DNA from: Phoronis australis
Taxonomy: Eukaryota; Animalia; Phoronida
DNA: 64,000 nucleotides
Direction: 5' to 3'
Assembly (NCBI GenBank): GCA_002633005.1
Contig: NMRA01000887.1
Location: forward strand, 1-64,000
Shown here: positions 53,835 through 64,000 of the stretch, in pieces
How positions within the stretch are numbered: position 1 is the stretch's first letter
Layout of the letters: every line of letters begins with the position of its first letter
The notes under the pieces: generated by a model
The model's database searches: none
What the model saw: the letters and a program-made list of their open reading frames with translations, nothing else
What the model was told of the DNA's origin: nothing
Program-made: the position numbers and the translations under genes

Positions 53835-53948
53835 CTTCACACAGCCGGCAACTTTTTTTACAGTTAGTCTCCATATAGGTGGCGCTCTTCTGACATTCAC
53901 CGGTACGTGCCCAATAGGGACAGTTCTCGCTTTCGTCAGTGCAAGAAC
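53835..53948 (-). CDS. Zn-peptidase-ShKT gene, exon 7 (ShKT domain 1)
   Basis: ttactttcag|GT ... GAAG|gtaaca, phase 1-1. Reads GSCTDESENCPYWARTGECQKSATYMETNCKKSCRLCE. Confidence 0.92.
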
Positions 53949-55135
53949 CTGAAAGTAACAAAGAGTCTCCGAACCTTCTAAACGTTAACGTTTGCAGATA
54001 GATAACATTTTTCTCAGAATATAATCTGGACTGTGCGAGTTAGATGAGATCACGCAAGTCTTCGCCAGGTATCGCGGTCATGCATCGCAGGCGAAACGGT
54101 GATTTCACTAGCTTTCACCCGCTAGTGCCTTGCGTAACGTAAAATGGTTAAATATGTAAGAACGGGGAATTGTTCATTCGAAACTTTCTGCTTTGATAAC
54201 ATCACCAGGGCTATGGTTTTGATCGTGCACAGATCTCAATGTACATATCTAACGGATTAAGGTTCTCGAAGTCTCTGTTCAGACAGTCGGAACATATTTG
54301 TGAGATTTAAATGGAGTGCAAACTACACTCAAAGACCGTGACAGGCTATTGCTGGAATGAACGAGAACTCAAATAAAAATAAATTTTGAACGTTTCAGGA
54401 CTCCCAGCCCACTACGGTGTGTCCCGTCCACCATTTCCGGGTTGCACATCACCCAAAAACCCCACACTCTGCATTGCGGATTTGTAAAATTCGGCAACTT
54501 ACCGGCACTGAGTTCAATAGTCTGAATGTTTTCACACGCAATTTCCGTTCCCAAATCAGATGATAAAATCAAGAGTTAGTTTTTACGGAAAGCGGGTTCG
54601 TAGCACGTTTAACTGTAGTGAATAACAGTGAAGGAGTAATTTACCCTGTTCGGGAGCGTGCTGAACCACAAACAATCACGAAATTCGAGTGTTTCATGAA
54701 TATGTTCGAAACCTTAATAGTGTAACGCAAACTGGCAGTCACGGCACGGAAGCGAGTGGTCTATGATGTTAGAAGTTTAAATTAGAAATAGAATTCACCG
54801 TTTCCTTTTCATGACAAACGAAAAGCCACTATTTAAACCTTTGTAATCTCCCCCCTCCCCCTCCCCCCATCCCCCAACGCTACAAAGTTGGTCTAAACTT
54901 GCCCTTACTCAGATGACAAGACAGTCTCGCTGTTTAAGAACTGAGACGTCCTTAATGCTAGAGTTCATGGTCGATGAATAAACTGGTTGTAGAGTGTGGT
55001 CTGAAGCAATAACGAGCTCTCAGTTCTTTCTAGCCGCAGAAATCACGTCTATTTTGGTTAAAAAAATAATTTGATACCAATTCCGTAACGGTCTGTGATC
55101 TAAATTAAAACATGAATTGTGTGATGGAAAGCTGA

Positions 55136-55318
<183 letters not shown>

Positions 55319-55934
55319 TAAAGTCTTAAAATCATTTATAAAAGTTGCCAGAATCTTGAACGATGATAACGTTTGAAGCAGCAATTTGAAAGGCAATGAA
55401 AGTTAAGGAACTAAGCAGCCTACATATCGACGTGGTCACGGTAAGACGTGAAGTGATGACGATCAAAGGTAAGATACATTTTAAAATACTCATGTAATAT
55501 TTGAAGATTTCAAGTTTCACGTAGTTTTTATATTTATACACAATGTTTGCTTTGTCGCGCAATTTAAAAGATTGTCCAACTTTTGCAAGCAGGTTTAAGC
55601 ATCAGGCGTGAGTCTCATAGATGCAAGACCCTCGCGAAAACGCAACACCACCGAAGAATTCGTGTTCCGTTTTATACATGTTTCAGTGCTTGGGGGCCAC
55701 ACTTTACCATTTTGTAAGACGTGTGTCGATCATAAATACAGTCTGAAAATAGAAGTTAAGTCGCAGCAACATATGTAAGTGATGACACAGCCAGGGCCCA
55801 AGGTCTAATCTTTTTCCTCGAAATGCAACTGTCTCAAAACTTTTTTTAAATTTTCCGTTCTACTTTAATAAAAACTCTTTACACCTCATATTAGTCTGTG
55901 CTCGGTTACATTATGGTCCAAGCATCTGATCCTA

Positions 55935-56020
55935 ATTTGCACTTTATGACCCCTGGTGTGTACTTGATTACCCCTAATATGTACCTGATGACCCCAAATA
56001 TGCACTTGATAACCTCAAGA
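55935..56020. repeat. Degenerate 22-bp tandem repeat, about 4 copies (intronic)
   Basis: Units like tgtacttgattacccctaata / tgtacctgatgaccccaaata / tgcacttgataacctcaagat. Confidence 0.65.
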
Positions 56021-56368
56021 TTCGAGCTAAAACTTTAGTAGACACTCGAGATTTCGAGTAAAGCCTCAAGATTTCAAGTTCAGACTTGGTGTCGTCAAGT
56101 GCACAGTAGGATTGCACAATCATTCGTGTACATCATCATACTTGAGCACAGAACACGACAGTTATCTAAAGTTGGTATTCAAGTAGAGCGGATAATGAAA
56201 AGATTAGACTCTGTGCCTTGGTTCGTGAGGCTAATTTCCAGCAAGTGTGGCGTGATCCCGCAACTTTTCGCGAGATACCGTCATGCGTTGCCAGCGGAGC
56301 ACGTGATTACCCATGCTTTCACTGGCGTGTATCTTGTTACAGGAGGACCCCTGTCATGCTATACTTAC

Positions 56369-56546
56369 GTCTTGTGCTTCCACATCGTTTGATGTAAGTA
56401 TTTCGACAAGGGAAAACTTCAAGCACTAGGTCGTACAACGTTCTGTCATAAGACTGCAGTTGACTTCTTGTGGTCACGTGGTTGCGAATTCCATTTGGCC
56501 TTGCGGAGTATGGCTTCACGTTGAAAAAAGCGCGGGCGCCTTCGGC
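56369..56546 (-). CDS. Zn-peptidase-ShKT gene, exon 5
   Basis: tatattcag|GCC ... AGAC|gtaagt, phase 0-1. Reads AEGARAFFNVKPYSARPNGIRNHVTTRSQLQSYDRTLYDLVLEVFPCRNTYIKRCGSTR. Confidence 0.92.
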
Positions 56547-56990
56547 CTGAATATAGAGGAGAGTGTAGTATTAGTAGTAATACCACACAGGTCGATGTGA
56601 ATAACGGGCATTCTTGCAGGTTGCAGAAACAAAGGCCCTTTTAGATACGTGGGAACCTCGTCATGTATCCTGCAAGTTAAAAGGATACTGCTAGTGGACC
56701 TTGTTTTAGCAAAAGAATAGATATTAAATAACATACAAATCTTTGAAACAGAATAAAGTCTTGTAAACTTCGTCACTCGTCAAAACCTTGGAGCCGAATA
56801 TTGAAACTCCACCCTATGCCTTCTAGCTACAAAAGAGCGACTAACGTCAGATATTTGCACTACCGAACTGCCAAATGGAATCTGGGAGAATTTTAGGGGG
56901 TATTTCTGCGCACACAACGTTTGCATGAGCGCCTAGCCATTACGCGAGTGTAGACGAGGTACATTCAGTGTAGTAACATTGTAACTTACA

Positions 56991-57029
56991 GAATGGAGAT
57001 ATCTTACAATTTGTAAGATATCTCCATTC
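56991..57029. repeat. Perfect palindrome with 19-bp arms (intronic)
   Basis: gaatggagatatcttacaa-t-ttgtaagatatctccattc. Confidence 0.9.
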
Positions 57030-57651
57030 CGTTCCACGGTAACAAATTGTTTGTGATGATCTAAGTCAACTTTTGTGATGGAAGGCTGCTTTAAAGCTGC
57101 CTTCAGGTTATGTGGGAACTTCTCGACAAGTCTTTGTATTCAGACAAATATCTACAAAACTCTGTATTCAGACAAATATCTACAAAACTCTAGAATTTAA
57201 TTCAAAAGATAAAACTTTCTGGCAGAATGTAGAAAGCCTCGTGCAATCTGATTTTTGACTATAATATCAATCTGACTTTATTTGGACGATATAACCTCTT
57301 ATTTCAATTTACATTTAGCAAACAACACATAAAAATAACAGCATCAATAACATCAACAAATTTAGTTTGGTATTTGTAGTCAAGAAGTTTCATGCAACTT
57401 TTGAGTTATTTACAAAATCATAAATCTCTTACTTTGATAGCCCTTTTTGAAAAGTGTATGACTTAAAAACAATTCTTTGAAGCGTTTTGGAAAATAGTTT
57501 ACATCTATATTCGTATGAACCTGGTGAATCATTTCCGAGGTATGATGTTCTGGACATTTATCTAGTGTCCTACATACATGTCACTGTAATTCCAGCAGAA
57601 AATCAATGCCTCTGCATGCTCATCGTGGGAAACTGAACGGCATTCACTTAC

Positions 57652-57817
57652 AAAGTACTCATGAATCGAACTCATAGAGTAGGTACTTCTCCAAAGTCCA
57701 CGCCTCCTGGCGCTGTTGTAGGCATTGGTTAGTCGTTGGCGATAACCGCGTATGGCGAAAGTGGCACCCAGGATTTCAACACCATGTAAAAACTCATGGA
57801 TGGCGATATCCTCGTCG
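57652..57817 (-). CDS. Zn-peptidase-ShKT gene, exon 4 (HEXXH active site)
   Basis: ttccattgtag|C ... TTT|gtaagt, phase 2-0. Reads DEDIAIHEFLHGVEILGATFAIRGYRQRLTNAYNSARRRGLWRSTYSMSSIHEYF. Confidence 0.95.
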
Positions 57818-58271
57818 CTACAATGGAAATAAGACACGTTTGATTCCAACAGTGAGTGTGTATTGATGCAGGTGCATTTCATTATTATGATGGTGTGTCT
57901 AAGTGCAAAAAGTTAACCCATCATCGCTGGCGAAAACGCTGTTCGATCTAAATTGCGTACGGTCTCGTGAAAACTAATTCATAAGTAGAGAGATACCATG
58001 TAATTTTATTTTGTCAGTGTGGCAAAAAATTTGTAAGTTGTGTTGCAACAAGATATCAGACTGTAAGCAGACGAGCACTACATTGCGAATTATTTTAGCA
58101 ACCCTGTTTAACGATTAGGTGAGAGCCAGTTAGAAGCAGGGCAGAAATTGGTGAACTGGGTATGCCAGACAATGCTTTTCGTGGAAGGTGGTCTTTAACA
58201 GCCAGAGTTTAAGCCTGCTGAAATAAATAGAACTCTGAACCATTTCTGGGTCTCGCATATCGCCAACTTAC

Positions 58272-58548
58272 TGCCAACGGTCTAGGTTCCTCTGGCAGAG
58301 AATGTTTTCTTCCGCCCCTGTGCAGATTGGTTGTTGTGTAGTAGCTCCAAGGCCGCGTGCTCGCGCGTTCCAGGAGTGAGGGAGATTTGAGTGTTCTGGA
58401 ATGTCTGTGGTCCTCTGGTTTTTCCCTATGATGCCCATTCGACCAAACTGTTGGTAATACGAGTTCCGGATGTCATATCGATCGGCAAATAGAAATCGCA
58501 CGATGTAGCAAGCTCTCTTAAGAGCATCGTCAGCGACAACACTAGATG
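58272..58548 (-). CDS. Zn-peptidase-ShKT gene, exon 3
   Basis: gtatttcag|CA ... TGGCA|gtaagt, phase 1-2. Reads ASSVVADDALKRACYIVRFLFADRYDIR...TTDIPEH...WNARARGLGAT...GAEENILCQRNLDRW. Confidence 0.93.
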
Positions 58549-59203
58549 CTGAAATACGGTCATACGATTATTTAAAATGGCACAGAGCAAAGGGCTAACT
58601 TAAGACACTGTTTATTTCACCCCTCCGTCTCAGTTAACTGCATTACTGTTATGTCTTACTTTTTAAATATGTAGATCCTTACATAAGGGGGTGAGAGATG
58701 GAACGATTCCATTGTGACGTCTTTAAATTCCAGCTGTTTTCCTCTAAATTTCATTCCCGGATCACCAAACACCAAACCCGCGTTTCAACCAGCGGCGACA
58801 GTCACAACATGCCTTGCTTAAAATGCTAAGTTCGCCACATCTGCTGATCATTAACTCCAGTCTGGGGGTGAGATCTAGACTGGTCCTCGGGACTGGAGGC
58901 AACGAAGATTTTAGAGCTAATATGCTGAAGCTCACCGGGTATGAAATGTTCTCGTCGCGTGTGTAGTTTGGGGGTACAGGTCTGGAATTTGTAACACGAC
59001 GGGTTTGGTGTCTGCCGGATTATCTGAGAATAGCGCAAACAGGATCTTTCCTGAAACTGTACACTGTATTGTGTATTCATATCTAAAATAGATTATAGAA
59101 ACAATGCCGATAAGGTAGATGGTGTGAGTGGAGTAAATGCTTTTAAAACGTGAGTCAGTGGAACACAAGTTCGCAAGTTCCTGACGTTAAACGGTCTTCT
59201 TAC

Positions 59204-59362
59204 CAACGATAGGGATGCCGTACGCCTCAGTATACTTGCGATAGAAATATGTCAATCCACGGGGCTTCATGTGGGCTGCACTTCGCAAGTTGTTAGGAAC
59301 CGCTCTTACGTGATTGCAACTATGCGTGTTTGTGGCGGAGCCTGGACGACGTCGACCATAAT
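59204..59362 (-). CDS. Zn-peptidase-ShKT gene, exon 2
   Basis: tatcttgcag|AT ... GTTG|gtaaga, phase 1-1. Reads YGRRRPGSATNTHSCNHVRAVPNNLRSAAHMKPRGLTYFYRKYTEAYGIPIV. Confidence 0.9.
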
Positions 59363-59619
59363 CTGCAAGATAATAAGTTTCTCTGTCTATCATTTTTCAG
59401 ACTGAAAGCTGCACCGATAATTTTCCAAATGACTAAATCTGCACGGGCACAGATAACGTTTACAACCGAGAGGAAATTGGAGGGTATGAAAAAACTCAGA
59501 CGTGTTCTTGATAATATGTAGAATGCAAACGTTTCCGACATATGAACATAGTTTCAAGAGATTTTTGTTTTGCCTAATTGTAATAAATCCAAAGACGTTA
59601 ACAAGACTATTTACCAAGG

Positions 59620-61435
59620 CCGCCGCCATTATTATGTCATGGACCGTGGCGACACCTAGCGGGTGTGTGTGGGCCGACGAAGTACGCAAGGCATTGACTA
59701 TGGCCGATCTTAGTTTTTCAAATTCAAAATTGTCAGTGAAGTGTCTTTGTTTAAAATATTGAAAACAAAAAAACACGAGCACTGTAATGGAAAATACACA
59801 TAGTCAAAATATAGAGTAAATCAAGAAAAAATTGGGCAGCATAGGTAATATAAACTACGAGAAATACATCATAAGCAAGAGGGATACTCAGTAATAAGAG
59901 CTGAGCAGATGAAAGTAGGTTATTGAAGAATGGGCAGGTACTGAACTTGAATGATTTTGTCTAGGGGGGTCAGGAATGTAATAAACATCAAATGGATCTG
60001 CTGAAGAAGAGATAGGAGCAAAAAAGGGGGTGCTCCTCAACCAAAATGTTGGGGACGGAGATAGCTTTCTTCCCCGAATATTCCAGGTGTTAATATCAAT
60101 TAATTAACAATTAATTATGTAAGCTTTTAACGCACAAACTTTGTTTTAAAATAAAATTGAAAAATCAGTAGACTCTCCTCCACCCAACCATCAAATGTTT
60201 CCTACGCCAATGTTCAAAAACTGCCCTCTTACGCCATCCAAACACGGGTCCAGATCTTTCTTTCGAAAATTCACATCTTAAAGATGTTCTAGATTCAAGC
60301 AGTTGTGTTTGTGCCCATTTACATGAAACTGTCTCAAATATCGACCCAACAGGGTCTATCCGGGATTTTTTAAAGGAGGGGGTCGGATACTGATTTTTTA
60401 AGAAAGGTGGCCCAAGTCAACAATTTGAAAATTCTGGCATTGATATCACTACAATCAAGTAACATGGGGGTCCAGACCCCTTTGATTCCCACCCTGGATC
60501 CGCCTGTACTCAACTGAGTTGGTAAATCTTTTAGGTATTTTTTTTTGTTCTTTGCTCACAGTTTTTTTTTTTCTATCATTTTATCTTTATTATGAGCTCC
60601 TCTTTGGACTTATGACGTTTTATAATAATATAACTAAAAACTGAGCTCTTAATTCAATCAAAACATTTAACAGCATTTCTCCTTAGCTGGTCCTCACATT
60701 TCCTGTTCATCACCTATCTCTTGAATCTGCATGTATAAAGACTGAAGTGAATTGTAGAAATGAAAGGCAAATCACAATTTAGATCCAATCATAGAATAGA
60801 AACACCAGTTATCAGTTGGTCCTAAGTCATGAAACACATGCAGGACAATTTTGGTTATAGTTTGATAGGTGGGTTCCTGACTCAAAATTCATTCTAGAAC
60901 CAGTTACTACCACTGAATAACGGGCGTAATTCATTGGGAGTAACTGGTTCTAAAATCAAGTATCCATCATCAAGGCCATGTATCGGATTACCACAATTTT
61001 GCTTTTGAGTAATCAAATAAATTCTTGAAACTAAAAGGTAAGACAAGTTCAAATCACTCTGCCAACATCAAAGGGTGACTGGCAGCATATTCACAAAAAT
61101 AATTCTTTGTATCACTCGTCGTATATCTCACCTGTTTTTATCAGCGGGGAAGCGAAAGAAGTACAAGTCCCGATTTTTCAACTGACTGTTGCTGCAGCAC
61201 AAAAAGCTCCTCTGATCCTCTTTTTAGGGACTGCAGACGCCATGTCTTGTTTTGAAGTTACATGACGCAGCACTAGTCTCAGAAGCATTAACTATGGGAA
61301 ATCTATGTGAACTACATAATCAGATAAAATACCTTGTCTCTGTGACCACTGACCACGAGTATCAGCCATATTCCTTTTTTCGCACACAAACCCGCTAGAC
61401 GTCTCTACGGTCCATGAAACAACAATGGCCGCCAG
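59620..61435 (-). mobile_element. Decayed THAP-domain (P-element-like) DNA transposon inside a peptidase intron
   Basis: Inverted ends gccattattatgtcatggaccgtggcgacacctagcgggtgtgtgtg and cacacaaacccgctagacgtctctacggtccatgaaacaacaatggc. Internal spliced relic at 61243-61132 plus 60726 onward: MASAVPKKRIRGAFCA/fs/CSNSQLKNRDLYFFRFPADKNR|FKR*VMNRKCEDQL, matching the THAP C-x-C...FFRFP.D..R...W pattern. Confidence 0.7.
60350..60508. mobile_element. Diverged MITE family A-like copy nested in the THAP element
   Basis: cccaa|cagggtctatccgggattt ... ccctggatccgcctgta|ctcaa. Confidence 0.6.
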
Positions 61436-61685
61436 TGGCCGTCCAATAGGATTTCGCTAGGTGAAACGTCTCTCTCTCTACGGTTTCTGATAAATCTAGT
61501 TATAATGATTAACCTCTAGTCATTGATGCTGATATTTTAGCAACAAGTCCGAACATCCTATTCAAGAGGTAATTGTTTTAAACGGCGGTGAATCATCCAC
61601 CTGCCTCGGCCTCTTAAAAAATACATTACAGCCACAATAAAATAATAGAACGTGAGACCTTTAATCTACAATCAACAATACTTAC

Positions 61686-61808
61686 TTGCTGCCACATCCG
61701 GGGTACTGTAAGTTACATAATATTCGGAATCCCCAAGCGGGAGAGGAACAGCGGCTACGTTCTCGCCAACAGGATCTTGCGGTAACTGTGAGGCGACTTG
61801 ATAGGAAG
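61686..61808 (-). CDS. Zn-peptidase-ShKT gene, first identified exon (putative pro-region; start/signal exon not found)
   Basis: ctctctgttctgctttcag|CT ... GCAA|gtaagt, phase 1-1, 123 nt. Reads SYQVASQLPQDPVGENVAAVPLPLGDSEYYVTYSTPDVAA, in frame with exon 2. Confidence 0.75.
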
Positions 61809-64000
61809 CTGAAAGCAGAACAGAGAGATTGACATTGCCGCTACCTGCCAATTCACTATCAAGAAATCTGCTACTTGATCGATCAACTTCACTTTCAAGT
61901 ATCCAACGTATTCGTCCATTTTCAAACGGAAGACGCTGTAAGTTAGGAGTCCGAACTCGAAGGTTTTTACTCTAGCTGTCTCGAATCGAGCAAAATAATT
62001 AGTCTAAGTCATAAAGTATTCCAGCAAAGAAAACACTTACTTTGACTTCACATTAAAGTAGAACGGAAATGCCAAGAATAATTTCTAGTTCGAGTACAAG
62101 GGTTAGACCATGGGCCCAAATTTTCACGCGGTTGTGCGGTTCCAAGGTGGTTCTGCTAAATCTTTTTTTTATCCGCTACACGGTATATGTTTCGTGCTTG
62201 ACGTTCCCAGACAATGAAGATTAGGTTATTTGCTAGATATATGTGAAATAGTGTAAAAACGGCCAGTTTTGGTGAATAAGGTTTGAGATATCCTTAATGT
62301 AAGAAACTTTGTTGAAAATTGGCCATACCTTTTTGAGCACCGTGTCGGTTTTAGTTCTTGTTTTGACAAACATTTTTCAGGTCCTTTAGACCGACAAAGA
62401 AGAATTCGTTGGCAACTGAGAATATATTAAATAGCTTTTACTTACTGACCGAAGAGTTTTCCGTAGAACTAGTTGATTGCGTACAAAAATGAGGGATAGC
62501 TTTATATTCGACCACGTGAACAGGCGATTGCTAAGCGAACTCGATTCTTTACCGGCGTGCTATATATTAGAAAATATTGGTAGAAAATTTACGGTTTTCG
62601 TTCCCTCGACGTGGTGCGATCTTTTGCGTCGGAGCCATGAATTATTGCGTCACCTATTGGCCAGTTTATTTTCCCCAATTCTTCAATAAACTGTACTTCT
62701 ACCACGAGGCTGTGTACATGTCATAACAAATTAATCAACAATGGTACTCAAAAGTCTAAATAATATTTTTACTTTTCATTGGTGAAATTATTCTTGCAGA
62801 AACCATCTGAAATTAATTACAAGTCATCGAGATAACAACGGGTTGAGATTACAGATCATGTTGAAATTCTCCCACAGGCCAGTTGCACGAGTTTTACCGA
62901 TGAAAATCAAATAACAAAATCAATTCCATATAAGTTAAGTTTTATTATTGACCATTTTAACAAACAATTGCAGAAAACAACTGGAAAGTATTTGAAGATG
63001 CTTTTATTCAAAGCTTGAAACTACTGCCACGACGATCCCCCAAAATTTGAAAAATTTCCAGGTTTCCAGTCCAATCCCCGAGATTTCTGTTTTTAAGCGT
63101 CGGGGTTCGTGTCTTTCAGGTTAGTTAGCTGTTTTGAATGTGTGGGAGTCTGTTTTCGACTACGGGATATCTGTTTTACATCGGGGTACATGTTTAGATG
63201 GAATGGAACACCCAGAGTATAGGCCTACTAGGCAAAAACTAACAATTTCTTCAAAGAATGCTTCTATAAAGGTAGAATAACATAGTATAAAATAAAGTAC
63301 TCACTTCCTGGAGGATTCCTATAAAACAGCTAAATTTTTCCATACTTTTAAAAACTGAACTGCTGCTGTGTCCGCCATCTTGAACTTGACAACACCCACC
63401 AAAACACCAAAAGGTGCGGTGCACCTGTGCCAAAATGTACTATTAATTGATGAGAGCAACCCCCGTCTGATCTTAAGTGGTTGTCCAAACTCAACCCCCT
63501 TCCATAACAGTCGGAATTGTTTCAACACTGACTGAGCCCACTCAAAATTTAGAAAAGAACTTAATTCGTGAAACTTTAAAGTCATTTGTTATAATCAACA
63601 AAAATAACTCTTCTTTTTACTTACAACAAAGGGTGGAAAGTTTAGCATATAGCATATAGCACATTAAATTTGACTTACGGAATAACCATTTGCATGGCCA
63701 AACAATGTTCTGAACAATTGTTATTGAGAATTCCGTCAAATGAATACCAAAATCCCTTCAAAACTTTTACAGAACAAACGTTTGCAAAGCAAGTCATTTT
63801 GATGCTCTGTCGGTCGTCTTGGTAGCTAATTTGTTCCAGGCCAGTTATATTGACAATTAGATTTATCCTAGGTCCGGGTTCAGAAAGGCCACAGCTTTAT
63901 GGTCCACAAACATCAACAACCGGACCACATGTTTTCATTGAAAAGTTACGTTTGAAGTAAATTTCAAAGAAACTTAGCCCACGCCTCGATGTTTTCAAGG

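Noticed and set aside
58936-59023. AG/GT-bounded 88-nt segment between peptidase exons 2 and 3
   Set aside because: Its length is not a multiple of three and it would frameshift the gene. The flanking exons already join cleanly as GIPIV|ASSVV.
62030-63720. Minus-strand donors (~62040, ~63305, ~63624, ~63678) as the peptidase start exon
   Set aside because: None gives an ATG plus a hydrophobic signal peptide ending in phase 1. The 62050-62118 segment is a repeat also seen inverted at ~55790-55870.

Overview
AT-rich eukaryotic DNA with GT-AG spliceosomal introns, many MITEs and decayed LINE/LTR pieces. It is probably from a marine invertebrate; the taxon is inferred, not shown. Two spliced genes can be rebuilt by hand, both on the minus strand. 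(1) An 8-exon, 5'-incomplete gene at 61808-52594 (about 423 codons). It encodes a zinc peptidase with the anthrax lethal factor / PPEP-1-type signature (HEFLH ... Y-x6-EYFAE), followed by a (Gly-Thr)16 linker and two ShKT domains, each on its own exon entered in phase 1. This is the most interesting object in the window. (2) A gene with two coding exons at 43317-40365 for a 194-aa multi-pass membrane protein of unknown family, with His/Asp/Glu inside its hydrophobic segments. Weak extra exon candidates lie near 8.2-9.2 kb and 36.4-37.9 kb. The rest is transposon-derived. It includes a decayed Gypsy element whose 3' LTR abuts the peptidase 3' end, L1/Tx1, CR1/L2 and I/Ingi-like LINE fragments, and a decayed THAP (P-like) element in a peptidase intron. 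There are also several MITE families, a roughly 2-kb inverted dispersed repeat pair, foldback elements, microsatellites and one probable assembly duplication at an N. No rRNA, true tRNA or CRISPR array was found.
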